A DNA stretch of 64,000 nucleotides from Limisphaerales bacterium (lineage in GTDB: Bacteria > Verrucomicrobiota > Verrucomicrobiia > Limisphaerales > JAJOIW01): NCBI GenBank assembly GCA_965657355.1, contig CBFHOE010000007.1, positions 32,001 to 96,000 on the forward strand, written 5' to 3'. The stretch's first letter is position 1. Every line of letters starts with the position of its first letter. Below, piece after piece: positions 1 through 9,259 of the stretch. The position numbers and the translations under genes are program-made. Below the pieces are notes generated by a model. The model ran no database searches and was not told where the DNA came from. It saw only the letters and a list, made by a program, of their open reading frames with translations.

Positions 1-46
1 TTTGTTAATTACATCCCGGATAACATTCAGGGAGAAATTGAGTTCT

Positions 47-1651
47 TTACTTGGATTCTTCGGATGCACCTCCAGAGTCATCACCGATCTTAAGATCGAC
101 TGCTTTGTAGCCACCACGAGATTTAAAGTATATCATCAATCCCAAATAACAGATCAGCATGAAGGCTGGGAACACTGTAATTCTTGATAATGCACCCTGG
201 GTTGCTGTCTCTTGAATTTCAGCGATCTCATCTTGAGCCTCTTGAGGAAGTTCTGAGATTTTATCCGCGTCGATCTTTTTATATTCACCCAAAACAAAGT
301 TACCAGTTGCTTCGATGGCTTCATATTCGTCTGGTTTAGCTTTTTGGACTGACTTTGCAATATTGTCTTCCTGAAAATAACCAATGAGTGGAGTTCCTAT
401 AATGCCCACCGATAGCATTCCAATACCAGCAATAGCGTTGAGGGTAAGAGCTCCACCTTTCGGACACTGCTCGGAAACAACGCCTAGCATTGTTGGCCAG
501 AAAAAAGTCTTGCCAAATCCATACAAGGTTGCAGCTGCAAAAATGATTGTGATTCCAGATGCTGTGGAGAGCCACAATAGACCTGCAATAGCCAAAGCGG
601 CACTGAATGCAAGAAGACCAAGCGGAGTGAGCTTTTGAACCAAAAAACCCGATGCAAAAGAACGAAGTATCATCATTATGAAAGAAGTATAGACAAGCAC
701 CCATGCCGGGTTTGCTTCCGCCTCTTTCATTGGTTCTTCCATAAGACCGGTAATCCATCCATCAGTTCCAAGCTCAGTCACAGCCAATGGCAACATGATA
801 ATGATCAGAGCTATCAGGATTGGGTTTCCTAACGAGCGACAATATAGGCCGTAAAGGACACTTGAAATTACAACAAAAGCAATAACAAATGATTGAGGTA
901 AGCTGAAAACAGTGGAAAGCTGAGAGCCTATCAACCATGCAGCGATAGCCGCACCAAAAACCCCAAATTCTGCGAGCATTTCGCGGTAAGATGTACCAGC
1001 TTGAACACGTTCGTTAACTGGGAAGGTAGCTTTTGCAAGCATGAAGACATAAACCACAGCAGGGAACACGATGATACCGACGATAATTCTCCAATCGCCT
1101 TCGTCAACGATGCCACTCATGAGCATTGTAATGATTCCACCAACGACTAGACCACCGGGCCAACCGGCATGAAGGATGTTGAGCCACTTTGTTTTGTCTT
1201 TTCTGAAGAGAGTAGCAACAACAGGGTTGATAAATGCTTCAACTGTTCCATTTCCTAATCCTAGGATAACTGAACCAAAGTAGAGGAAGTTGTAGCCCTT
1301 TTTTTGAGCTTCCACTAGAGCATCACCACTTAAACCTTCTACTGAAATTGCTGAATATGCCATTGAAGCCAGCAATCCATAGACCGCATAGCACCCAAAG
1401 GAGAAGAACATGGCGAATTTATACCCTATTCGGTCAATGACCAAGCTGAATAAGATAATACTGATAGCGAAGGGCCAGATACCAGCACCGAAGACTTCGC
1501 CTATCTGAACATCGTCTAGTCCAAAGTCGGCAGCCCATCGTCCACCATTGCACAGGATAGCCCTCGTTATAAAGGCAAATGATGTAGTAATCAGGGCGAT
1601 AAAACACCCCCAGAAAACCACTTGATTGTTTTTTGAATTTGCTTCTGACAT
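47..1651 (-). CDS. MFS transporter (probable sugar permease)
   Basis: 534 aa with about 12 hydrophobic segments; MFS-like motifs 'SLVIDRIGYK' and 'FFWPTMLGVVSEQCPKGG'; 51 bp downstream of a Gfo/Idh/MocA gene. Confidence 0.85.
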   Translation of the reverse strand: MSEANSKNNQVVFWGCFIALITTSFAFITRAILCNGGRWAADFGLDDVQIGEVFGAGIWPFAISIILFSLVIDRIGYKFAMFFSFGCYAVYGLLASMAYSAISVEGLSGDALVEAQKKGYNFLYFGSVILGLGNGTVEAFINPVVATLFRKDKTKWLNILHAGWPGGLVVGGIITMLMSGIVDEGDWRIIVGIIVFPAVVYVFMLAKATFPVNERVQAGTSYREMLAEFGVFGAAIAAWLIGSQLSTVFSLPQSFVIAFVVISSVLYGLYCRSLGNPILIALIIIMLPLAVTELGTDGWITGLMEEPMKEAEANPAWVLVYTSFIMMILRSFASGFLVQKLTPLGLLAFSAALAIAGLLWLSTASGITIIFAAATLYGFGKTFFWPTMLGVVSEQCPKGGALTLNAIAGIGMLSVGIIGTPLIGYFQEDNIAKSVQKAKPDEYEAIEATGNFVLGEYKKIDADKISELPQEAQDEIAEIQETATQGALSRITVFPAFMLICYLGLMIYFKSRGGYKAVDLKIGDDSGGASEESK

Positions 1652-1702
1652 GAATTGTAGCTTTGTTGGTTGGGTTATTTGATAATATGTTTTTAAAAAA
1701 AC

Positions 1703-2815
1703 TTATAATGTAAAGTCTGGTAGGTTGACACGCTCGCCTCCTTTGATTGCGGATTCGTGAGCGCAGATTCCGACACAAGTCCAGTTGGCGGATGTTTTGG
1801 CGTTCGGCCAGGGATCCCTGTTTTCTTTCATTGCTTGAATGAATTCGTTGACCATGTGAGGGTGACTTCCTCCATGTCCCCCACCCTGCACAAAGGATAG
1901 GTGATCGGCATCTTCAATAGATTGGGTAAATTTACGAATAGGCTCCGGGAGTAGGTGAGCAAAATCAGGGACCTCGACTTTTTCTGGGATTTCAGGTTCA
2001 GGTTTCTTGGCAACGTGTAGGATCATGGGATCGTTTTCCACCAGTGTCCATTCGAACGATTTTTTGGATCCGTAGACATCGATACTTTCGCGATATTGGC
2101 GAGCGACGTCGTATAAAAATCTCCAAATATGAGCTGTAAGATCAGAGTTTTTAACCTTTATGTGGCACGTCTCAACGGCAAATTTGTTTCCACTCTTCTG
2201 GGCGATATCATCCCGAACGGTGCCAGAACCAAAGCAGCTGACGTATTCGGCCAGTCCGTCAACCATACCCAGACAAGGGCTGACCACGTGCGTTGCGTAG
2301 TGCATCGGAATCATTTTTTCCCAATAGTCTGGCCACCCGTCCATATCCTGTGGGTGGGATGCTGCAAGATATTGGATCTTTCCGAGCTCACCTCGGTCAT
2401 AAAGATCTTTGATGAAGAGGTATTCCCTACTGTAGACCACTGTCTCCATCATCATATACTTTTTACCGGTCTCAGCTGTCACCCTAACAATTTCTTCACA
2501 CTCCTCAATGGTAGTAGCCATCGGGACTGTGCAGGCGACGTGTTTGCCTGCTCTGAGAGCCTTTAGCGACTGAGATGCGTGATCTGGAATGGGCGTATTA
2601 ATGTGGACAGCATCAATATCTGGATCAGCGAGCAGCTGATCGTAATCAGTGAACCGTTTCTGAATATTGAAGGTGTCACCAATATTTTTGAGCTTTTGCT
2701 CATTTCTTTGGCAGATGGCGACTATTTCGGCATCAGGATGAGCCTGGTAAATAGGTATAAATTCAGCGCCGAATCCGAGACCTATGATAGCTATGTTTAA
2801 TTTTTTTTCGCTCAT
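1703..2815 (-). CDS. Gfo/Idh/MocA family NAD(P)-dependent oxidoreductase
   Basis: 'IAIIGLGFG' Rossmann motif, 'DIDAVHINTP..H', 'GKHVACTVPMA'; start moved to ATG 2815 (MSEKK). Confidence 0.9.
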   Translation of the reverse strand: MSEKKLNIAIIGLGFGAEFIPIYQAHPDAEIVAICQRNEQKLKNIGDTFNIQKRFTDYDQLLADPDIDAVHINTPIPDHASQSLKALRAGKHVACTVPMATTIEECEEIVRVTAETGKKYMMMETVVYSREYLFIKDLYDRGELGKIQYLAASHPQDMDGWPDYWEKMIPMHYATHVVSPCLGMVDGLAEYVSCFGSGTVRDDIAQKSGNKFAVETCHIKVKNSDLTAHIWRFLYDVARQYRESIDVYGSKKSFEWTLVENDPMILHVAKKPEPEIPEKVEVPDFAHLLPEPIRKFTQSIEDADHLSFVQGGGHGGSHPHMVNEFIQAMKENRDPWPNAKTSANWTCVGICAHESAIKGGERVNLPDFTL

Positions 2816-3058
2816 GTCAGCAATTACCAGCACGCTAAACCAAACCATTTACGGCTGGGCACGCATTGATTTACAAGACGGTGGAGGCAGAATCTCTAAC
2901 ATTGACGACCATTCTGTCAATTCAAAAGTAGCGAGCTCGAGTCTTCCATCGGCAGTGTGATACGTTTGCCAGAGCAAACATCTTCCTTCCAAATATTTAG
3001 AAATAAATTTTGCATGCATCGTTGAATTGGGCGCAAAATGATGATAAAAAATAAGTTC

Positions 3059-3193
3059 ATGAGACGACTGAAACCTGTTTTGATTTCATTTGCAGCGATT
3101 GGAGCCTTGGTTCTATTGACAAGCGGATGTGGGAGTGTCAGCGCATCTGGGGGGGTGTCACCAGCAACCTTTTTGATGCCGGGCGTTCTATAA
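3059..3193 (+). CDS. Small lipoprotein (44 aa; not in ORF track)
   Basis: MRRLKPVLISFAAIGALVLLTSG-CGSVSASGGVSPATFLMPGVL*: basic N-region, hydrophobic core, lipobox LTSG|C; alternative ATG at 3038. Confidence 0.65.
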   Translation: MRRLKPVLISFAAIGALVLLTSGCGSVSASGGVSPATFLMPGVL

Positions 3194-3278
3194 TACGGCT
3201 CGCCAATAATATGCATTCATAGGATTATCAGTAATTACGTCAACAAATGACCCGAAACTAATTAGATTTTCAACGCCG

Positions 3279-4613
3279 ATGCGTTTCCCCTTAGAATTAT
3301 CACTTAAAATTGCACGTCACATAGTGGCCAACAAAATCCGGAGGACCCCAAAGTTTGCAATGGTCCTCCAGCTGGAGCCGCTTCACACCTGCAACCTGAC
3401 CTGCACCGGCTGCGGCCGAATCCGGGAATATTCTACTTCCCTTAAAGACATGATGAGCCTCGAAGAGTGCCTTGGTGCAGCGGAAGAATGCAAAGCCCCA
3501 ATGGTTTCGATTTGTGGTGGCGAACCGCTCATTTACCCCAAGATTGAGGAATTAGTGGATGGAATTTTGGACCAAGGGAGAATTGTCTACATTTGTACAA
3601 ATGGCATGTTCATGCGCCGGAAAATGATTGACTATCTGGCGGCCAGTTACACCCCGAGCCTCGAACAAAAACTCGATTCTTTGAAACAGGATGACCTGAT
3701 CAACGACAAAGATATTGAGAAAATCCGGAAAGGTAAGAATGACAAACGTCCTGTTATTAGCCCAACCAAATGGATGTATTGGAACGTCCATGTGGATGGA
3801 TTGGAATATACTCACGATTTAATAGTCGAGCGCGAAGGTGTCTTTAGAGAATGCGTGCAGGCTATAAAAATGGCGAAGGCTTTGGGATATCAGGTTGCGA
3901 CGAATACCACCGTATACAAAGAGACTGACGCCGAGGAAATCGAACAGATGTTCCAGTATTTCTCCTCAATGGAAGTGGATGGGCATACGATTTCACCCGG
4001 GTATGATTACGATGCAGCGAAAGAAGACATGGTAAAAAGACTAGGCAAAGATCCTGGCGAATTTTTCCTGACTCGTGATATGACGCGAGAAAAGTTTAAG
4101 AAGATACAGGAGTGGGGACGCTTGTTCACTATATTCGGCACTCCCGTTTATCAGGAATTTCTTGAAGGAAAGCGGGAACTGACCTGCACAGCCTGGGCTA
4201 TACCGACCCGAAACATTCGAGGGTGGAAAGCCCCTTGCTACCTCATGACGGATGGGCATTATCCGACCTACCAGGGTATGCTCGATAATGTCGATTGGGA
4301 AAAATATGGCGTAGTTGACGGCGTGGCAAGGGATTCTCGATGTGAGAACTGTATGGTCCACTGCGGATATGACCCAAGCGGAGCTCTTGGAACAAATTAT
4401 CAATCCGGCGATAATTGGAAGAACATTAAATACAATTTCGGTCCCAAGCCTAAGCCTTTTACACCCGGAAAATTTGTAAAGGCCTTCAATGGTGTTTCTT
4501 CCGGAAAAGGTCATTTGTCGCAGGCCAAATCTGCGATCCGCGCCTCTGCTGAAAAAGAGGAATCCGGCACCTGTGGAGACAATGAACCTAAGTGCGAAGA
4601 AACCAGCAAATAG
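3279..4613 (+). CDS. hpnH: Radical SAM adenosylhopane synthase HpnH-like (DUF3463 C-terminus)
   Basis: 'LEPLHTCNLTCTGCG' CxxxCxxC, 'VSICGGEPL', 'CTAWAIPTRNIRGWKAPCYL', 'RCENCMVHCGY'. Confidence 0.85.
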   Translation: MRFPLELSLKIARHIVANKIRRTPKFAMVLQLEPLHTCNLTCTGCGRIREYSTSLKDMMSLEECLGAAEECKAPMVSICGGEPLIYPKIEELVDGILDQGRIVYICTNGMFMRRKMIDYLAASYTPSLEQKLDSLKQDDLINDKDIEKIRKGKNDKRPVISPTKWMYWNVHVDGLEYTHDLIVEREGVFRECVQAIKMAKALGYQVATNTTVYKETDAEEIEQMFQYFSSMEVDGHTISPGYDYDAAKEDMVKRLGKDPGEFFLTRDMTREKFKKIQEWGRLFTIFGTPVYQEFLEGKRELTCTAWAIPTRNIRGWKAPCYLMTDGHYPTYQGMLDNVDWEKYGVVDGVARDSRCENCMVHCGYDPSGALGTNYQSGDNWKNIKYNFGPKPKPFTPGKFVKAFNGVSSGKGHLSQAKSAIRASAEKEESGTCGDNEPKCEETSK

Positions 4614-4796
4614 ACCAAGTCCTATTTATTGAATCTATTTCGGTCAAATTTATCAAAATTATTGTTTCCAACTACTAAGTATCACCTATGCTCGAATATA
4701 GGTATTGTCCATCTCTGCCCCAAATTGATGCCTAAATGAAATTGAAAGAAAAACATCAAGGCGTTGGAAAAAATACCGACGACTCAATTAAGCACT

Positions 4797-5771
4797 ATGT
4801 CTGTTGATACAGAAACTAAAGCAACCAATCAGTTAGAAGAACTCAAAAAATACACAACAGTCGTAGCCGACACAGGCGACTTTGAATCTCTAAAAGCCTA
4901 CGAGCCACAAGATGCTACGACAAACCCAAGCCTCATCTACAAAGCTGCGCAGATGCCTGAATATAAGCATCTGATTGAAAAAGCAATAGCAGATGTAAAA
5001 GGTCGAGGCCTTGCCGGAGACAAACTAATTACAGAGGTTATGGATAATATCCTCATCCTTTTCGGAATTGAAATCCTCAAAATCATTCCTGGACGTGTCT
5101 CCACAGAGACGGATGCCAAGTTGTCCTTTGACGTTGATGGCTTGGTAACTAAAGCTCGCAAGTTCATACAGATGTATGAAAAGAATGGAATTCCTCGAGA
5201 ACGTATTCTGATAAAAATTGCGACAACGTGGGAAGGCGTAGAGGCTGCACGCATCCTTGAAAAAGAAGATATTCGCTGCAATATGACTTTATTATTTTCA
5301 ATGGTCCAGGCAGTAGCTTGCGCTCAAGCCGGCGCACAGCTCATTTCCCCGTTTGTAGGTCGCATACTGGATTGGTATAAAGCGAACACGGGAAAAGACT
5401 ACCAAGGAGCAGAAGACCCTGGAGTAGCCTCCGTCACAAATATTTATAATTACTATAAAAAATTTGGTCATGATACTGAGGTCATGGGAGCTAGCTTTAG
5501 AAATAAAGGAGAAATAACCGAACTAGTAGGATGTGACCTTCTAACAATAGCTCCTGCCCTGCTCAAGGAACTTCAGGACTCGAATGATCCAATTACTAGA
5601 AAATTGTCTCCCGACAATACCACTGATGCCGATCAACTGATAGTCACTGAAAATAATTTTAGGTGGCTCATGAACGAAGATGCAATGGCTACAGAAAAAA
5701 CAGCAGATGGGATTAGACGATTTGCTGCCGATACAATAAAACTAGAAGAATTTATAGGCCAGCAACTCTAG
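4797..5771 (+). CDS. tal: Transaldolase
   Basis: 'VVADTGD', 'DATTNPSL', '[11 protein letters not shown]', 'CNMTLLFS', 'ISPFVGRI', 'MGASFRN'; ATG 4797. Confidence 0.97.
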   Translation: MSVDTETKATNQLEELKKYTTVVADTGDFESLKAYEPQDATTNPSLIYKAAQMPEYKHLIEKAIADVKGRGLAGDKLITEVMDNILILFGIEILKIIPGRVSTETDAKLSFDVDGLVTKARKFIQMYEKNGIPRERILIKIATTWEGVEAARILEKEDIRCNMTLLFSMVQAVACAQAGAQLISPFVGRILDWYKANTGKDYQGAEDPGVASVTNIYNYYKKFGHDTEVMGASFRNKGEITELVGCDLLTIAPALLKELQDSNDPITRKLSPDNTTDADQLIVTENNFRWLMNEDAMATEKTADGIRRFAADTIKLEEFIGQQL

Positions 5772-5804
5772 GTGAAAATACCTTTTGCATCAAAAATTTA
5801 TCAC

Positions 5805-5833
5805 AGCGACTCCTTATGGGGTCGCTTTTTTTA
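5805..5833 (+). terminator. Rho-independent terminator after tal
   Basis: AGCGACTCC-TTAT-GGGGTCGCT stem-loop followed by a T run. Confidence 0.85.
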
Positions 5834-5946
5834 TCTCCATAATTAATTCGCTTCAGAGTCTTTTAATTTAAGTCTGTAGTTTGAAAAAACCAGAAAGCAT
5901 CTGTGTCAATTTATTGAACTGGCACGCTGGCAAATATGTTGTTCTA

Positions 5947-7176
5947 TTATGGCTTTGAGCCTGATTCTTGGTTTGTGGGAATATCCTTTAGCTTTACCAA
6001 AGTCAGGATAGCTGCCACCAAGGCTAATCCACCACAGACAAAAAATGGCGATGCGGTTCCTACTCTAAAATACAAGGGAGCAACGAGAAAAGGAGTAAAG
6101 CTTCTGGCCAAGCTGGCCATACTCTGAGAAATCCCGAGTGTAGCTCCTTGCTCCCTTGATGGTGATAAAATTGAGATCATGCCGGTCACCGGAGGCCTGA
6201 AAGCTGTTGAGCCAAACCCCAGCAAAGCAAGTCCGACCAAGAGCACAATAATATTATGAGCAAATGGTAGGATGAACAAGCTAGCGGCATAGGTAACAAG
6301 GCTCACGATAATAAGTTTTTTATGTCCTAATTTGTCTATAAGAATTCCCACTCCTTTTCCCTGAACAAAAGCCCCGATAAGACCGCAATAAGCAAAAAGC
6401 CAACCTGCATATTCTCGCGCTTGTTCCTCGTTGAGTTGGAGGTTATCGAGCACAAGCAAACCCAAGGCAATTTCAAAACAAACAAAACAAATAGTGGTGA
6501 TGAAAGTCAGAGCAATGAGAAAACCAACACCATCGCGACTCATTACTTCACGGAAATGGGACAACCGCCCTTCACGTTTTTGATGGCCACGTTCCTCTTT
6601 TGGAAGTGACTCAGAAAGCTTAAAAAATGTGAAGAAAATATTTGCAGTGCAGATAACGCCAGCGACTAGACCGGGCATCCAGATTCCCCACCTCGCAGAG
6701 AAAGCTCCGATCGCAGGCCCCAAAATAAAACCACAACCGAAAGCCATGCCAATCAGACCAAGCTTTTTGGTACGCTCGGAGGGGTCTGTTATGTCGGCTA
6801 TATATGCTTGGGCGACGGAGATGTTTGCGGCAAAAAAACCGCCCACTAATCGAGAGATAAGTATAATAATTAGAGCATTGGATCCATCGAATGTGCTCCC
6901 CCATGCAAAAAGAAAATAAGAAAGACCGACACCTGATGTGCTTACCATGAGCACTGGCTTTCTTCCAATTTTATCTGATAACTTCCCCCAAAAAGGAGAA
7001 AAGAAAAATTGCATCAAGGAATACCCAGCGGTGATTGCCCCAAGCCACCAATCATTGGCACCAAACTGCTCAGTATAGATCGGCAATAGAGGTAGAACGA
7101 CTCCGAATCCAATCAAATCGATAAAAACCACGAAAAAAATGGTCCAAACAGATGGCTTTTTAATTTCCACGCTCAT
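5947..7176 (-). CDS. TetA/DHA1-like MFS transporter
   Basis: 'FIDLIGFGVVLPLLP', motif A 'GKLSDKIGRKPVL', 'AYIADIT', motif C 'GFILGPAIG'. Confidence 0.92.
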   Translation of the reverse strand: MSVEIKKPSVWTIFFVVFIDLIGFGVVLPLLPIYTEQFGANDWWLGAITAGYSLMQFFFSPFWGKLSDKIGRKPVLMVSTSGVGLSYFLFAWGSTFDGSNALIIILISRLVGGFFAANISVAQAYIADITDPSERTKKLGLIGMAFGCGFILGPAIGAFSARWGIWMPGLVAGVICTANIFFTFFKLSESLPKEERGHQKREGRLSHFREVMSRDGVGFLIALTFITTICFVCFEIALGLLVLDNLQLNEEQAREYAGWLFAYCGLIGAFVQGKGVGILIDKLGHKKLIIVSLVTYAASLFILPFAHNIIVLLVGLALLGFGSTAFRPPVTGMISILSPSREQGATLGISQSMASLARSFTPFLVAPLYFRVGTASPFFVCGGLALVAAILTLVKLKDIPTNQESGSKP

Positions 7177-7742
7177 TAATTGTTAAATATGAGTCGAAAA
7201 GTCTACTGGTATTCCTCGTTTGGTCAAGGGGGCACTGATTATGCTACTTTTAGGTTCCTCTTTTCCTCTTTCATTATCAATTCTTACAAAAATGCAGGAT
7301 TCCTTAAAAAAACAAAAAAGAGGATATCAAAAGTATAGTCAGTCAAGTGAGCAATGGGTTTCTCTTCAAAAAAATGCTTATTCACCCATGAATCGTCCTA
7401 TCGTTAAAAACGATCATACCGTATTTCAAAAAAACTATATAATGATGACTTTTGAAATGATTTCCCTCGTATTTCGTTGAAAGCCCCATCTGGGCATTCC
7501 ACCCAGAGTTACGAGCGAAAAGCAAATGCGAAGGCTCTAAGCGTCTATCCCCGCATAAACGCTTCATCACTGTTTCCCATCGTCCTCCTTGCTACTTCGG
7601 CAATCAAATTTTTAAGTTCTCAATTAATCTTGAGAGGCCTGTAGAGAAGAATCATATGACTTAAAATAACGCCTACAAGAACGACAGGCCTTACACACAG
7701 ATCCATTTACTCTTGATACTCAGTTGTGTCTGTTGATGTCCC

Positions 7743-7961
7743 TCATACACTCGAGTCCCAGACTTTGCCAAATGGATACTTCTTATGCAACTTCTTGGCT
7801 CCGCGCTCCGAATAATACGTTTGCCATTCATTGAGGACTTTGTCGATACAGCACGCTTCTCCTCCCGGATGGCTCGCCGCAGGATGTCCACCATACAGCC
7901 AATATGCCCACTTGGGCGCATGCTCTTGAATGAGTTTCTCTCGCAGATCCGCAACAGTCAT
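7743..7961 (-). pseudogene. Probable immunity protein for a TNT-type toxin, C-terminally truncated or fused
   Basis: Start overlaps the upstream stop (TAATG); 'Y.LYGG.P...EACCIDK....WQTYYSERG' resembles small immunity proteins found after TNT-domain toxins (recalled, not searched); usual C-terminal helix appears absent. Confidence 0.55.
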
Positions 7962-8212
7962 TAGTCGATCTTCCTGATGTAACCGCCGTCGAGCAGCTCT
8001 TGGATGCTCTGGTTGAACTTATACTGAGTGCCTCCGCCTGACTGATTGAACCACGGTGCAGTTGTCCCACCAAGATCTGCCGCTAGAATTCCGCCTATCC
8101 CACCGGCTCCATTTATGCTTCCGCTAACATCCTTTCCATAGGTATAGGTAGCGTTAGTGGTTGTGTTATTGATATCACGTTCCTGTAAGAAAACCATCCC
8201 ATCGAATTTCAT
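7961..8212 (-). pseudogene. Internally deleted Rhs toxin remnant: Rhs core fragment fused to the C-terminal tail of a TNT (DUF4237) domain
   Basis: 'DGMVFLQERD..N...TYTYGKDVSGSINGAGGIGGILA' (Rhs pre-core motif) directly followed by 'APWFNQSGGGTQYKFNQSIQELLDGGYIRKI' (TNT C-terminal consensus). Confidence 0.7.
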
Positions 8213-8292
8213 CTTCCTGCTCTTTTATTTTTCTTTTCACATCTTCCAATTGAGATGCTTTTAGTTGGGAATCTGCCGAAAATGCGATTGCT

Positions 8293-9255
8293 TTAGTCTA
8301 AGAGTCCCGATTCGTTCAACATAGATGCCATCCTGCGTGAGTTTTTTGTAGCTTCTTGAGGAAGCGGATGCCAAGGAGTGTCGGCAAAAAGAGATTCATC
8401 AACGGAGCAATTAATTTTTGATAGAGAAAATACTGGGATAATTTCAGTCACCTCTTTTAAAAAGTTTATCATTCCTGCTTCATGGTCTTCCAGTCGATCT
8501 TCAGGGCAGTAGTGCAATGAAGGAACGTAAATACAACGAGCACCCTTTTGATGGCAAACATCGTTTATTCTAGTAAGAATTTTTTTAGCGCCGTCAGTGA
8601 GGTTATATGAGAATACGGGCCACCCAAGATTTGAAGTGTCGTAATTAATTTTTTGCCATCCTGACTGCGTAAGCTCGTTTTTTTCGTAACGATAAAGAGG
8701 CTTACCGGCAATCAATTTTCCAAGTAGTGTAAAGGCATGGTAAGCACCGGGCCTCAAATGAGATAAGGAGACCACCCACTGGTCAAGAGCTTGTGGGTTC
8801 ATCCACGAGGGGTGCCCAGATATCCATGACATTTGTGATGCCAACATAAGGCTTCTTTGGGGTAAAGTGAGAAGGTCAGGCTCTAAAGAAATTATGAGCA
8901 GATCACCTTCCTTCATACGCTCAAGGGCCAAAACCGATAAAACTTTTGGCCCCATGCCGGCAGCCATTCCTAAATTTAATACGGGTTTATTTATAATATT
9001 TGAAATTTCATCGGGATTTATCCCGACCAAAACGCTGGATCCTCCGCAAAATATGATACGACCTCCAGACTTAGAGAGGTTATCTGGTTTTGAAGAAATA
9101 TTTTCTGCGCGATCCTTGATTTCCCAGGCATAGTTCAAGAATTGCAATTCAGGATTTATCTTTGCTGTGTAGGCCACTGACAAAAGGAAAACGAAGAAAC
9201 TCCATACTAGGAGAGAAATCGAACGCAGCGGGATTTTGCAGGGGTCATTCTTCAT
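8293..9255 (-). CDS. Membrane-anchored SGNH-like acyltransferase partner (AlgJ/DltD-like)
   Basis: N-terminal TM, 'IIFCGGSS' block I, 'NLGMAAG', C-terminal 'FADTPWHP' D..H motif; directly after an MBOAT gene. Confidence 0.65.
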   Translation of the reverse strand: MKNDPCKIPLRSISLLVWSFFVFLLSVAYTAKINPELQFLNYAWEIKDRAENISSKPDNLSKSGGRIIFCGGSSVLVGINPDEISNIINKPVLNLGMAAGMGPKVLSVLALERMKEGDLLIISLEPDLLTLPQRSLMLASQMSWISGHPSWMNPQALDQWVVSLSHLRPGAYHAFTLLGKLIAGKPLYRYEKNELTQSGWQKINYDTSNLGWPVFSYNLTDGAKKILTRINDVCHQKGARCIYVPSLHYCPEDRLEDHEAGMINFLKEVTEIIPVFSLSKINCSVDESLFADTPWHPLPQEATKNSRRMASMLNESGLLD

Positions 9256-9259
9256 CGTT

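Noticed and set aside
2917..3216. 99-aa minus-strand ORF
   Set aside because: No motif; it is the antisense shadow of the small + strand lipoprotein
7220..7570. ORFs 7220..7480 (+) and 7382..7570 (-)
   Set aside because: Non-ATG starts, AT-rich intergenic composition, no recognisable protein features
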